DNA of 63,990 nucleotides, the filler included, from Pirum gemmata (taxonomy: Eukaryota), in the NCBI GenBank assembly GCA_002812295.1. It is 24 parts of 24 records of this genome, joined end to end, with 100 filler letters (N's around TTAATTAATTAA, not from the genome) between each part and the next. Parts side by side here need not be neighbours in the genome. Positions count along the whole stretch, not along the records: positions 1 to 2,484 come from PDIN01005996.1; positions 2,585 to 5,097 come from PDIN01005997.1; positions 5,198 to 7,693 come from PDIN01005998.1; positions 7,794 to 10,279 come from PDIN01005999.1; positions 10,380 to 12,831 come from PDIN01006000.1; positions 12,932 to 15,428 come from PDIN01006001.1; 18 more parts are not named here. One strand, written 5' to 3'. The notes below the pieces were generated by a model. That model made no database searches. It was not told where the DNA came from and worked only from the letters and a program-made list of their open reading frames with translations. The first letter of the stretch is position 1. Each line of letters begins with the position of its first letter. The translations under genes were made by a program, and so were the position numbers. This document shows positions 1 to 13,210 of the stretch, piece by piece.

Positions 1-378
1 TGGATTTATATTATATTAATTTGGTACTATTTATTGTTTATTTTATGATGACAAAACAACTGAAAAGCTCTATATCAATATGGACGGATTAAATATAATA
101 TATATTTTCAAGGACTTCAAAAAAAAAAAGACTTTTTTTTGAAGTAAGTCCTTGATATATTTTTTTTTAACAAAAAAAGAAAAAAAAAAAGTAAAGAACA
201 CGTGTCACGTGTGAAACATCTGTCGATTGTGTGGTCCAGTGGATGCAGGTGCCAAATTGTTGTGGTTACAAAATTACAGGTTGTGGTGAGTTTCAAGTTT
301 ATTTTTCCAGTTTATTTTTCTCTAGTTTTTTGTGCTCTCTCCAAATATAGACCGGTTGGCCTACTGCTATTAGCTACT

Positions 379-495
379 ATAACGCCAATTTCCAGTCAAA
401 TACAGCTTCAAATACCCCTGCCTACCTACCCCTCGACGTTGATTTCCAGTCAAACACCACCTACCTACCTACCCCTTGACGTGACGTATTATTTG
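379..495 (-). mobile_element. MITE family A copy (Tourist/Harbinger-like, ~140 bp)
   Basis: Reverse complement of the core CAAATAATACGTCACGTCAAGGGGTAGGTAGGTAGGTGGTATTTGACCGGAAATT. Other copies lie at ~5838-5973, 23380-23480, 24778-24826, 24988-25118, 25148-25252, 30800-30923, 31890-32006, 48788-48870 and 49343-49490. Confidence 0.75.
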
Positions 496-1096
496 CTTTG
501 CTGACACTACTGGCCTAGAACTACTGGCTGCAGCTACCAGCTAGCTAGCTACTAGTAGCTACTACTATGACTGAAGACTACTCTGATAGCTACTAGTAGC
601 CTATCATACTCTAATATCATAGTAGCCCAAACCACCTAGCCCAAACCACTACTAGCTAGCTAGACTCTAGTACTCTACTAGCTAGCTAGACGGCTAGCTA
701 CTACTAGCTAGCCAGTAGAGAGAGAGTAGAGCTAGCTACTAGCTAGCTAGTAGAGCTTTTTGATAAATAATAATAATAATAGACTAGGTCTATGATAAAA
801 AAAAGAAATAAAAAATTACAAAACTAATTACAACTATTTTCGGCCAATTTTATTATTTCAACTGATTTTGCACTATTTGTACAATTTTGCGAAGATACCA
901 TTTAAGTCCCTTCCGGTTCTATAAGGCTCTAACTATAAATAACCTTTATTTCAACCAAAATATTTCAACTAATTTTGTTTCTGCTTATAACATTTTCAAC
1001 CGGTTTCCTAGTTAGCTTTTTTTTACTTTTAATTTTAACTGGTTTTGTTAGCTGAAGACTAGTAGAGTCCCTACGCACAGTCACCCCTCTCTCCGT

Positions 1097-1266
1097 TAGG
1101 AATCATCAATAAATGACGTCAATGCCTCTTTGTCGAAAACTCTTTTGGTCATAATTTTAAAGTTCATTTTAATAATTAATTACTGCCTGAAACAGTTTAA
1201 GTCACACTTTCGAGCAATGACTTCTATCAAAGAATAAGTGATCCTTTATTTATGAATGTTCCCTTA
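1097..1266 (+). mobile_element. MITE family D copy (~170 bp, imperfect TIRs)
   Basis: Ends are AGGAATCATCAATAAA and TTTATGAATGTTCCCT, with TTA flanks. A near-identical copy lies at ~47903-48085, a reverse partial copy at 44593-44702, and related termini at ~27869-28020. Confidence 0.65.
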
Positions 1267-1649
1267 GAGGATAACTGGAATTTTTTTATATAGACTAGTC
1301 TAGTACTAGTAGCTAGTCTAGTGCTACCACTTAGTGTATGATAATAAAATTTCTAATATCATTATATCACACAACAACAAGATAATATTATGATAATAAT
1401 ATGATTATTATAATATGAGTCTATAGTCTAGCTAGTAGAAGTAGTAGCTCGCATTCTGTCAATTGCTTTTTTTAGTCTTTTATTATCTTTAGTCTACAAA
1501 TTATTTATAAATTTTATATAGAAATAGTATAGAAATATAGAGTCGAAATATATTATATAGAAATGTATATATTTTTTTAAAACAGCCAAGTCGGTTTTTT
1601 AAAAAAACTGTAGAATTTTTTTTTCTGAGTTGCTATTAAAAAAAGTTGC

Positions 1650-1860
1650 TAACTAGCCAAATTATTTTTTTAAAACTAGCTATTGGTTCATAATAGAGTT
1701 TTTTAGTTAATTTTTTTTGTGGCGGAATGCGAAAATTTGGGACGAAATTTATAATAAAAATTTTTTTTTTGAGATTTTCACGGCCACCTTTTTAATTTTT
1801 AGTAGCCCAGACAAAGCTGTGAGTGTTTTTGGATTTTTGAGCTCATGCCGCCATTTTTCT
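1650..1860 (+). repeat. Dispersed repeat family E
   Basis: The blocks TAGCCAAATTATTTTT(T)AAAACTAGC..TTGGTTCATAATA and TTTTGGATTTTTGAGCT recur at ~28135-28275 (+) and ~18960-19100 (-). Confidence 0.55.
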
Positions 1861-2484
1861 GCGCCATTTTTATCTGGCTTGGTATCTTGGTATCGACCAT
1901 ATCGTGTGTATATATTGTTGACATAGCTGTTGACATCATATTATCATATATACGAAAAAATATTCTGAAAATTATTATTTTTTATAGGCCTTGACAATAA
2001 AATAATGCATGACAGACTCACGGCAGCATGAGACCTATCACTACCTAGTACCTATCATACCTTTCTCATGATTTATGATACTTTTATGATACTCAAAGTT
2101 AAACAATTAAGTTAATTCTTCAACAGTGATAATATAATTAGAATAAGTTTAATTAAAAAAGTTTTTAACAATTAATTAAAGTTAATTTTTCAACAGTGAT
2201 AATATAATTATAAAGAAAGTTAATAATTATCAATAATTCAATAAATACATGATAATAAAGAAAAAATGAAGAAAATTCAGTTTATTCTTCAACAGTTATA
2301 AATTTAAAAGTTAATTAATTAATATCAATAACTCAATAAATACAGAATGCATGAATGATAATAAAAAATGAAGAAATAGAAGAAGAAAAACAGAGAAAAA
2401 ATAGGAAAGAAAAGGTCGAAAAAGGCCAAAACTTTATATAGTCTGTTGTTCTACAACACTCTACAATAATTGTAAGTTAGAACT

Positions 2485-2584
2485 NNNNNNNNNNNNNNNN
2501 NNNNNNNNNNNNNNNNNNNNNNNNNNNNTTAATTAATTAANNNNNNNNNNNNNNNNNNNNNNNNNNNNNNNNNNNNNNNNNNNN
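2485..2584. other. Artificial contig linker N44-TTAATTAATTAA-N44 (first of 23)
   Basis: The same 100-nt block with stops in all six frames starts at 2485, 5098, 7694, 10280, 12832, 15429, 18001, 20595, 23207, 25775, 28371, 30966, 33548, 36132, 38696, 41947, 44493, 47061, 49609, 52220, 54812, 57955 and 60534. Confidence 0.98.
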
Positions 2585-2826
2585 TTCTTTTTTATTTTAT
2601 TCCATGGATAAAGAAAAATATTAAACCATTTTATTAATATTAAAATTATCATTAGTGGACGATTTATTGATATTTCCAATAAAATGTTGGTAATGTGAGA
2701 AATACAATTGAATTTTTTTATAAATACTAATTATAAATAAAAATATATTATTATAAATTAATAATAATAATATTAATATAATAATAAACAAAAATTAAGT
2801 ATTAAAAATTGTAAAGTTTTATATAC

Positions 2827-2864
<38 letters not shown>

Positions 2865-3317
2865 GAAGGTAGGAAAAACGGTTTGTATTACTCAATATTA
2901 TAAATATAAAAATAAAGGGTTTTAAATATTGGTTCAGGACCTGCTTTAGCATAATATGGGGGGTTTGGTTAACGATTTCGGTGTTTAGCTCATTTTTAAT
3001 GTGAAATTTTGAGAATTTGGTTTGCTAAGCTAAATCAATTGGTTTAGTACCTGCTTTTGCATAATATAGGGGTTTTAGTTAAAGATTTCAGTGTTTAGAG
3101 TCATTTTTAATGTGAAATTTGGAGAATGTTTTCAACTAAATCAATATTAAATAGAAATAGAAAAGTTTTTGAAAATTGTTATTATTAGATTTTGTCCAGG
3201 AATTATTATGATGGTGATGTTGTTGTGGTGGTAGTGGTGATTGGGGCTATATATATAAGTCAAGGACCGAAAGACCCACATCTGGTTCCATATATATATA
3301 TATATATATATATTAAA

Positions 3318-4718
3318 TTACATAAATAGAAAGGTCAAGGATAAAATTCCTACAGCAACTCCAGTAAAGGACAACATTATAGCACCGAAATACAGTGCCA
3401 TATTTGTTTTGGAATCATATTTTTCATTATAATACATACTACAATAAAAAATACCAGGATAAATAAATGAGATACTAGAAGCAGCGGTAGCCCCAATAAT
3501 CGCAAAAACGATGCCTAGATCAGAAACTAACATGGAGATAAGAAAAGTAAGAGCTAGAAATGAAATCGTAACAATAATATGAAGTAAGAGATTTTCTCCT
3601 AACGCTGGGTTTGAAGAAATGCTTTCTTCTTCCAGTTGAGCTATAGGTAATGTTGTTTTAGTTGTAGTTATTGTGGTTCTCGAAATTATGGCCGATTTTT
3701 CCAGATCACTACAAGTGACTTCTAATTTCTCAGGAACTTGTAATTCATTGTTTTTGTTATTGAAATTCTTGGCTAATTCTTTTTTGTTAGTTGCACATAG
3801 AGATGTGTTAAGCTCTGGTAACGGCGGTGCTTGTCTTTTTTGGCGATTTTGTCGATTGAGGTACAATTTATGTAATCCCACTATTATTTTAATCATAGAT
3901 ACACGTGCTGGAAAAACTTGAAGAGGGTATGAAAAAATAACCAAAATGACAATAGCAATTCTACCAACAGTAACATAGATTTTGCCTGAGGGAAAGTTTT
4001 CTAAAATGTTATCTTTGACATTGCTACCGTAAGTGAGATAACCTAATAAACCTACAATAATATACAAAACACAAACAAAGCACATGGTTGATACAATTAC
4101 TCTTTTCATCATTCTAACACGTTTTCCTCTTTTACTCTTGTTTTCATTATATATGGGAAAGATGTTTTGGGCACATCCATAAGAATAAATAAACATGCTT
4201 AAAACTTTCAAAATTGAGCCGCTGTTGGTAATAAGTTCAATATCCCCGACACAATTGTCGATTCCATCACACGCACCCATTGACGGGATTGCGAAAAATA
4301 AAATTATAAGCATAACCAAATACATTACTGCCAATACTGCAATGTAACTAATAAAGTTTAAAGCAGTAAATTTTCGGAAAAATGATATAGGAATGATTAC
4401 TAAGGCCATAAAAATAGAAGTCCATAACTTTGGCTCCAAAAGTACATGGCTGGAAGATATGTTAGGGTTTATGGATACTACAACAGAAGTCATAACCTGT
4501 CCAATAATAATCAAATACACTGCACCTACACCAAAACATTGTAATATAACCATAACATCCATAGAGTATGAAAAGTTTGGCATTGCAGCTTTGGCTACAG
4601 CGTTAAAAGAAGCTGGACCCTTTAGTTTGTGAGCACACAACACTAACAAAAACAAACCAAACCCTGTTGCAAAAGCAGCTGATGAACAAAATGTTATTCC
4701 CAGAATAATACCGCAATT
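3318..4718 (-). CDS. Amino-acid transporter, Aa_trans / AVT5-7 (SLC38-like) family, terminal exon
   Basis: Long polytopic ORF with typical segments (YLIIIG, YSYGCAQNIFPIYNE, GLLGYLTYGSNVKDNILENFP, FSYPLQVFPAR, IIGATAASSISFIYPG). The frame extends to a tttgtAG acceptor at 4719-4720. Upstream exons are not resolved. Confidence 0.9.
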   Translation of the reverse strand, partial: NCGIILGITFCSSAAFATGFGLFLLVLCAHKLKGPASFNAVAKAAMPNFSYSMDVMVILQCFGVGAVYLIIIGQVMTSVVVSINPNISSSHVLLEPKLWTSIFMALVIIPISFFRKFTALNFISYIAVLAVMYLVMLIILFFAIPSMGACDGIDNCVGDIELITNSGSILKVLSMFIYSYGCAQNIFPIYNENKSKRGKRVRMMKRVIVSTMCFVCVLYIIVGLLGYLTYGSNVKDNILENFPSGKIYVTVGRIAIVILVIFSYPLQVFPARVSMIKIIVGLHKLYLNRQNRQKRQAPPLPELNTSLCATNKKELAKNFNNKNNELQVPEKLEVTCSDLEKSAIISRTTITTTKTTLPIAQLEEESISSNPALGENLLLHIIVTISFLALTFLISMLVSDLGIVFAIIGATAASSISFIYPGIFYCSMYYNEKYDSKTNMALYFGAIMLSFTGVAVGILSLTFLFM

Positions 4719-5837
4719 CTACAAAAAATAAAAATAAGCAAAGAAGAATACTTAGTAAATATAATAATAATAATCCAAACTATTTTGTTATTCTATTACA
4801 CACACACGCACGCACGCACACATTATTAACAGCAACAACAACATAAACTTACCATAATATAATTATGTATCTCCAGACCACAACATATAATTAACAGCAA
4901 CAACAACATAAACTTACATCCAAACCACAACATATAATTATTTACAAAAAACATATTTATAAAAAACAAACTCAAAAACAGCATAAATTTATCACAATAC
5001 AAATATATAGCTCCAAACCACAACATTTAATTATTTACAAAAAACATATTTACAAAAAACAAACTCAAAATTAAGAAAAATTAGTAAATACATACATNNN
5101 NNNNNNNNNNNNNNNNNNNNNNNNNNNNNNNNNNNNNNNNNTTAATTAATTAANNNNNNNNNNNNNNNNNNNNNNNNNNNNNNNNNNNNNNNNNNNNAAA
5201 TAGTAAATATAATTATAGTAGATACCAATTAAAGTAATAAAATTAACATTAATAGTAATAAAACCATAAAATCGGAAAAGTTCCAGCAGCTGTTCGGTAA
5301 TAGTAAAATGACGTCATCTCACCCCTACTATTATTATGCACATTATTTTTTAGACCCTCACTCACGCTAGAGACTATCGATAGGACCCTCACACTATAAA
5401 ATTTATCGTGCTTTCAATAAAGAGTACCAAATAAATACAATATAAATCCATTTTATTTAATTTGGTATATTTTATTATCTATTTATTGATTTAAAAATAT
5501 CAATTTAAAGATTATAACCCTCCAAANNNNNNNNNNNNNNNNNNNNNNNNNNNNNNNNNNNNNNNNNNNNNNNNNNNNNNNNNNNNNNNNNNNNNNNNNN
5601 NNNNNNNNNNNNNNNNNNNNNNNNNTTTTTATTACTATTAATGTTAACTTTATTACTTGAATTGGTATCTACTATAATTAGAATTACTATTTTAAGCTAT
5701 TTAAATGCTATTATTAGTAAGGAACACGGAACTAAGGTTTGTTCGATAAGCATCTGTTCGAAAAAAGTTCCAGTAGGTATCTCACCCCTACTAATATTAT
5801 ACAGTATTATAATTATAAATTATATAATATTATGACC

Positions 5838-5973
5838 TAAGGGAGAGTTCAAATAATACGTCACGTCAAGGGGTAGGTAGGTAGGTGGTATTTGACCGAA
5901 AATTGACGTCGAGGGGTAGGTAGGTAGGTAGGTAATTGAAGCTGTATTGACACGTAGTATTTGAATGCTCTCT
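5838..5973 (+). mobile_element. MITE family A copy with both termini
   Basis: TAAGGGAGAGTTCAAATA...TATTTGAATGCTCTCTAA: imperfect TIRs with TAA flanks. Confidence 0.7.
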
Positions 5974-6440
5974 AACAAAGTCTTCTAACTATTGTGCTTT
6001 ACATTTATTTTGTCAAACTCGGAATATTTAATTGGAGGGTTATAATCTTTAAATTGACATTTTTAAATAAATAAATATATAATAAAACATACCAAATTAA
6101 ATAAAATGGATTTATATTGTATTAATTTGGTGCAAAATAACTGAAAAGCACTATAATTGTTTATCGTCTATTTCATTACAGTTTTTCCTTTCTATCTTTA
6201 ATTTGGCACCGTTCAATTGTATAATTGAACTTTTTTATAAATATAAAATTACTATCTAAAATATCAAATTAATTAAAACATGACCAATTAATTATAATTT
6301 GGTAAGCTTATTTCAGTTTTTGAACGAAAACACTATTGAAAAACACGATACATTTCCAACTTTAACTCTAGACTATAGTCTATTTTATTATTACAATTGC
6401 CCTCTCAATCTTTAATTTGGTACTGTCTAAGTGTATGATT

Positions 6441-7693
6441 GTTAGGGTTAGGGGTTAGGGGTTAGGGTTAGGGGTTAGGGTTAGGGTTAGGGTTAGGGTT
6501 AGGGTTAGGGTTAGGGTTAGGGTTAGGGTTAGGGATAAAATACAACATTAATTAATTAAATATAATTAAAATACTATCATGACCGATAGTTTTTGAACTC
6601 CACTTCAACCCTATAACCTCGTCTCCAACCCTAACCCCAACTTCAACCCCAACACCACCAACCCAAACTATATATACCCCAAACTTAAACACTCTTAAAC
6701 CTAACCCAAAATCAACCCTAAATCCTGAACCCTAACGTAATAACCCGAACCCTACCCTAACCCTAACCCTAACCATAAACCGAACCCTGGCCTTAAAACC
6801 CTAACCCAAGCCTAACCCTAACCCTAATGTAAACGTTTAGCGAACACTAACGCTACCTTCATTCTTGTAGCAGTCGTGGTACAAATTAAACAATCTGAGA
6901 CTACGAGGTCTACGACTAATACTAATAATTATTATTACTAAAACTAACAATTATTATTATTATTACTATATATTACTTATCAATTATATTACTATAATAT
7001 TATAATACATTATTAGTACTAGTACTAGTTAAGGAAGGTTAGGGTTAGGGTTAGGATTAAGGTTAAGGTTAGGGTTTAGGTTAGCCCCCGTTAGGGTTAG
7101 GATTAGGTTGGCCCTCGTTAAGGTTAGGGTTAGGGGTAAGGGTTAGGGTTAGGGTTATTACTATCACTATTATTAATAATACCTATATTGCTATTGCTAT
7201 TGTACATGTTATTATTATTGCTATTAATAAAAAATACTATATAATTTTGTATTTATTATTGCCAAAATTATTATATTACTATTGTTGATTATTATTGATA
7301 CTCTTTAAATTATTATTGATTTTATTATTATTATTATTAAATTATTATTAAATTATTATTATTATTATTATTATTATTGTCAATATTGTTTATTATTACT
7401 AGTAATTTACTATTGGCATAATATTGATATTTAATTTTAATTCAAAATTATTAATAATATCTATTAATAATATTACTACTGCTATTGTTAATTACTGTTA
7501 TAATGTCCATGTTAGGTTTATGAAACATAAAATAAACCGAGCTTATGTAAAAGTATTTCCAAACATAATATCAAACCTAAATATGTAAAAAAAATAAAAT
7601 GTCTACAGACTATTTTAAATTTTTTACAAAACCAATCCCGCCGTTAGGGTTAAGGTTAAGGTTAAGGTTAAGGTTAGGGTTAGGGTTAGGGTT
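6441..7693. repeat. Interstitial telomere-type (TTAGGG)n / (CCCTAA)n tracts in alternating orientation
   Basis: Perfect and degenerate hexamer arrays at ~6441-6534 (+), 6700-6826 (-), 7030-7158 (+) and 7643-7693 (+). Confidence 0.9.
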
Positions 7694-8330
7694 NNNNNNN
7701 NNNNNNNNNNNNNNNNNNNNNNNNNNNNNNNNNNNNNTTAATTAATTAANNNNNNNNNNNNNNNNNNNNNNNNNNNNNNNNNNNNNNNNNNNNAGACTTC
7801 AAATATTATAAAATAAAACATAATATTATATATATATAAATCATATAAGCATATTAATAATAAACTATATACTATAATATACTAACTACTTAACATGTAT
7901 CAACATCATTGAAGTAAAATTTAATGTTCCTGAGCCGTCCCCCCACCAAAAAAAACCCCTCTTTTGGACTACTATTTATATAACTAAAAAAGACCGCAAA
8001 CCAAACCCATATCTAGCTAGCTAGGTATTCTTTTTAGAGTATGATAGAACAAGATTACAAGAACACACGCAAGAACACATCAAAAACTGGGCTGGTTCTA
8101 CTTCTACGTATCATACCAAAAACAGCTCCAAAAACCACCTTGTAGAAAATTTGGAAAGGGGGTGGGGAGTTTAATTAATAGGTGGGGGTATAAAAAGACT
8201 TCTAAAAGTTGTTGCAAAGCAAACAAAAAAAATAATCTAGAAAACAAATTTACTTTACACTTTTGTTGTATAAAGTGTCTATATTATATATCATATATTG
8301 ATAATTATTATACCAAAGACTCCATGGGAT

Positions 8331-8740
8331 AGGGTATTAGAGTTGATTTATAGTAGAATCCTTTAAAACTGATTGAAGTCTGTGTTGCTATAGTAATAGT
8401 TATTATTGGCGAATGTTTATTAGATTACTGTGTGATAAGGGTATTTTATTGTTGTTGAGGTCTACACTGTTGTTGTGGTAGCTGTGATTTCTGTTTCTGT
8501 TTTGCTGCTATTGTTGTAGGGTATTAGAGTTGATTTATAGTAGAATTCTTTAAGTGATTGAAGTCTGTGTTGCTATTAGATTACTGTGTGATAAGGGTAT
8601 TTTATTGTTGTTAAGGTCTATACTGTTAATGTGGTAGCTGTGATTTCTGTTTCTGTTTTGCTGCTATTATTGTAGGGTATTAATTAGAGTTGATTTATGG
8701 TAAAATTCTTTAACTGATTGAAGTCTGTGTTGCTATAGTA
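8331..8740. repeat. Tandem repeat of ~160-190 bp, about 2.5 copies
   Basis: AGGGTATTAGAGTTGATTTATAGTAGAAT...CTGTGATTTCTGTTTCTGTTTTGCTGCTATT recurs at ~8331, ~8518 and ~8674. Confidence 0.85.
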
Positions 8741-10072
8741 GTATGATAGAGTATGATAGTTATCATAACTAGATTCATAAAGTCTCATTTTTCATTTTAT
8801 TTAGAAAGTATCATAGACCCCTCTACAAAAATAAAAAAATAAAAATAAAAATAAAAAAATAAAAAAAAAATCCTGCACCTACTTTTCCTAAAAAATAAAA
8901 GTTTTTTTGTTGGTAACCACCAATAATGGCTTAGTTTGCAATGGGAAAGGGCACTAGCGGGCCAGGCAGGCTGAGGCAGCGCCGCAGCGGACCAGCGGTT
9001 AAGGTGGTTACACTGGTTAGGGAAAAAAAACTGAAAAAGAAAAAAGAAAATGGAAGATATGTCCAAATATGGTCAATGAAAATTTTCAGATGGCAAAAGT
9101 AGTCAAAAGTTCAACTGAGAGAGAAGTTCAAGTGGATGTTTAAAAATAAATAAATCGATAAATGGCTGTAGAAAGTTCTAGAAACTTGAAAGTCACAGCA
9201 CTTTTTAAAAGACCGGGGGTTTAGAACTTTAGGTGGCCGTGAGAAAGTCTGCAGAAAATCAGCTAGCCTTAGAGACTAGCTAGGACTGACTAGGTTTACA
9301 TAATACAATACAATATAATACAATAATATAATACAATGCTGCTCTACAATATATATACTATATATACTATATATACTATATATACTATAATATATAATAT
9401 ATAATTACGGTACACTATTATATATCTTACATACTAGTACAGGTAGTGCTATACATATTATATAGTACAATGAAATACAATACAATACACAATACAACAC
9501 AATACATAAAACACCTCTAGTAATGCACCTCATTTATGTACGTCCAGGACTCCAAAAAATGAAGAACTCAATTAACAATACAGACAGACCAAACACAATA
9601 TAAACTCATTATGTAATACATGTAATATACACAACATAATATAATAATGCAAAATAACATAAACATTAGAATCAGCAACAATTTTAATTAAAACGACACA
9701 ATACAATACAATACAATACAATTAATATACAATATAATACAATATACAATGCAATAATGTAATGCAGTGCAATGCATGTACGGGTACACTACGATATATA
9801 CTTTTTATTAGTCTTCAACAATCATCAATAATCTATCAACAACCATCAATCATCGATCATCGATCATCAATCATCAATCATCAATCATCAATCATCAATA
9901 TCATCAATCATCAATCATCAATCATCAACCATCAATCATCAATCATCAATGATTTATTATCAATCATCAATCATCAATCATCAATCGAAAATCAAAAATC
10001 ATACAATCAACAATTAATAATTTACATTCAACAACGAAATCGACAACCAACAAATAATCAAACATAAATCAG

Positions 10073-10186
10073 GAATTAGGGAGCAACAATGCGATTTCTT
10101 TAAAACAAAGAAAGTACGAAAAAAAGGTCCTCGAAATCAATTATACAGATATTCTTGCGGAGGGCCGTCGTTCGACTACTACTTCT
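10073..10186 (+). CDS. Isolated internal exon of an unknown gene
   Basis: cAG acceptor and GTAAGT donor bound an open 38-codon frame (ELGSNNAISLKQRKYEKKVLEINYTDILAEGRRSTTTS) between microsatellite tracts. Confidence 0.55.
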
Positions 10187-10247
10187 GTAAGTACAAACAC
10201 TATGAATAATGTAGACAACAACAAAAACATTGAAAATAATAATAGTA

Positions 10248-10279
<32 letters not shown>

Positions 10280-10493
10280 NNNNNNNNNNNNNNNNNNNNN
10301 NNNNNNNNNNNNNNNNNNNNNNNTTAATTAATTAANNNNNNNNNNNNNNNNNNNNNNNNNNNNNNNNNNNNNNNNNNNNGTTAGGGTTAGGGTTAGGGTT
10401 AGGGGTTAGGGGCTAGGGGTTAGGGTTAGGGGCTAAGGGTTAGGGGTTAGGGTTATAGGGGTTAGGGTTAGGGTTAGGGTTAGGGTTGTTTAC

Positions 10494-12720
10494 CTTTCAA
10501 TAATAATATAATTTTCAAAATTTTTAAAAAATATTTCTAAACCATAAACTTTGATTAGAGAAATTAAAAGAAGGGGGAAAATGACGACACAAGAAATAGC
10601 AACATACACCCAAATCATATAGTAGCCGATTTCTGAGTGCAACTCTCCAGCGCCAACTAGTGGATCAGTTTTAGGTTTCATACAATAAGTAGAATTCAAA
10701 TTAACCAACCCTAAAACAGAGGTTATAATATCTTTTATAAATTATTATAATGGTTAATGGTTAATGGTTAATGATCAATTATTAATGGGTTAATGGGTTA
10801 ATGGTTAGTGGTTAATGGTTAATGGTTGTTACTGGTTAACGGTTAATGGTTTATGATTAATGGTTATTAGATGGCTATTAGATAATGATTAATGATTAAT
10901 GATTAATGACTAATGGTTAATGGGTTAATGAGTTAACGGGTTAATGGTTAATAGTTAATAGTTAATGGTTAATGTTTAATGTTTAATGGTTAATGGCTAA
11001 TGGTTCATGATTGATGGTGAATGGTTAATGGCCAATGGCTAATGGTTAATGGTTAATGGTTAATGATAAAAGGTTAATGGTTAATGGTTAATGGTTAATG
11101 GTTAATGTAATGATAAATGGGTTAATGGTTAATGGTTAATGGTTAATGTAATGATAAATGGGTTAATGGTTAATGGTTAATGGCTATTAGATGGCTATTA
11201 GATAATTATTAATGATTAATGACTAACGATTAATGGGTTAATGGGTTAATGGGTTAATGGTTAATGGTTAATGGTTAATGGTTAATGGTTAATGAGGTAA
11301 TGGTTAATGATTGATGGTAAATGGTTAATGGCTAATGGTTAATGGTTAATGGCTAATGGTTAATGATAAAAGGTTAATGGTTAATGGTTAATGGTTAATG
11401 GTTAATGGTTAATGTAATGATAAATGGTTAATGGTTAATGGTTAATGGTTAATGGTTAATGGTTAATGGTTATTAGATGGTTATTACATAATTATTAATG
11501 ATTAATGACTAACGATTAATGGGTTAATGGGTTAATGGGTTAATGGTTAATGGTTAATGGTTAATGGTTAATGGTTAATGGTTAATGGTTAATGAGGTAA
11601 TGGTTAACGATTGATGGTGAATGGTTAATGGCTAATGGTTAATGGTTAATGGTAAAAGGTTAATGGTTAATGGTTAACGGTTGATGGTTAATGGTTAATG
11701 GTTCATGGTTAATGGTTAATGGTTAATGGTTAATGGTTAATGGTTAATGGTTCATGGTTCATGGTTAATGGTTATTAGATTGCTATTAGATAATTATTAA
11801 TGATTAATGACTAACGATTAATGGGTTAATGAGTTAATGAGTTAATGGTTAATGGTTAATGGTTAATGGTTAAAGGTTAATGGTCTTAATGGTTAATGGT
11901 TAATGGTTAATGATTAATGGCTAATGGTTAATGGTTAATGGTTAATGGTTAATGGTTAATGGTTAATGGTTAATGGTTAACGGATTACTATTAGATAATT
12001 ATTAATGATTAATGACTAACGATTAATGGGTTAATGAGTTAATGGGTTAATGGTTAATGGTTAATGGTTAATGGTTAATGATTAATGGTCTTAATGGTTA
12101 ATGGTTAATGGTTAATGATTAATGGTTAATGGTTAATGATTGATGGTTAATGGTTAATGGTTAATGGTTAATGGTTAATGGTTAATGGCTAATGATAAAA
12201 GGTTAATGGTTAAAGGTTAATGGTTAATGGTCAGTGGTTAAAGGTTAATGATAAATGGTTAATGGTTAATGGTTAATGGTTATTATATAATGGTTAATGG
12301 TTATTATATAATGGTTAATGGTTATTAAACAAAGGTTAATGGCTATTAGACAAAGGTTAATGGTTAATGGTTAATGGATAATAATGAATGGTAAATGGTA
12401 AACAGTAAATGGTTAATATTTAATGGTCAAAGTTCAATGATTATTTATTAAAGGAAAATAGTGAATGGTTAATGATCAATATTAAAGATTAAAGGTTAAT
12501 AGTCAATGGTTGTTGCTGTTTAATTCTTAATTAATAATAATACCCTAACCCTAACCCCAACCCCAACCCCAACCCCAACCCCAGCCTTAACCCCAACCTT
12601 AACCCTAACCCTCTTAATAATAATACCTTTGAAATACTTAGAATCATTATTTTTTAAAAAACTGTCGAGCACATTTTCAATTATAGAAATTGCTTTCATA
12701 ATGACTTCACTCGTGTCCTC
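10494..12720 (-). CDS. Two exons (~12627-12720 and 10494-10710) of an unknown membrane protein
   Basis: Complex-sequence islands are bounded by AG/GT sites (donors at 12625-26 and 10492-93, acceptor at 10711-12). The second exon encodes a hydrophobic helix (MIWVYVAISCVVIFPLLLISLI). The 5' boundary of the first exon is uncertain. Confidence 0.5.
10745..12520. repeat. (TTAATGG)n heptamer satellite filling an intron, with higher-order structure
   Basis: About 1.75 kb of TTAATGG units. The marker block TATTAGATAATTATTAATGATTAATGACTAACGATTAATGGG recurs near 10875, 11195, 11480, 11785 and 11990. Confidence 0.95.
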
Positions 12721-13210
12721 TCTAATATTTTTGAACAATAAACAATTATTATGTTTTTTAACAAAACTTTAGGGTTAGGGTTAGGGTTAGGGTTAGGGGA
12801 GATGCGGGAAAAACCATCGAATCGAGACTAGNNNNNNNNNNNNNNNNNNNNNNNNNNNNNNNNNNNNNNNNNNNNTTAATTAATTAANNNNNNNNNNNNN
12901 NNNNNNNNNNNNNNNNNNNNNNNNNNNNNNNTATTATTTATTATTTATTCTTTTTTAATTTTTTTTTTATCGAACCATAACCCTAACCCTTATTTACTGT
13001 TATTTATTTTTTGTTTTTTTTCATTAATAATTCATTTTGTTTAGTTATTATTATTAATAGTCTTACCATTACCATTACCATTACCATTGCGGTTATGGCT
13101 ATGCCTGTGGCTTTGAATATATGACGGTTACTATTATCATGGCTATGACTATGACTATGACTATTAATAACATTAAATCACTGCAATGACAAAATTTATA
13201 TTCTGTGTAG

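Noticed and set aside
2529..2540. Recurrent TTAATTAATTAA as a biological motif
   Set aside because: It is always centred in N44 pads, so it is an artificial contig joiner. ORFs ending in X...LIN are artefacts of it.
6441..6534. True chromosome telomeres at TTAGGG tracts
   Set aside because: Most tracts are short, internal, in both orientations and often intronic.
10494..10710. Innexin/pannexin-like exon (NSTYCM plus a TM helix)
   Set aside because: The similarity is limited to a few residues, which is insufficient.
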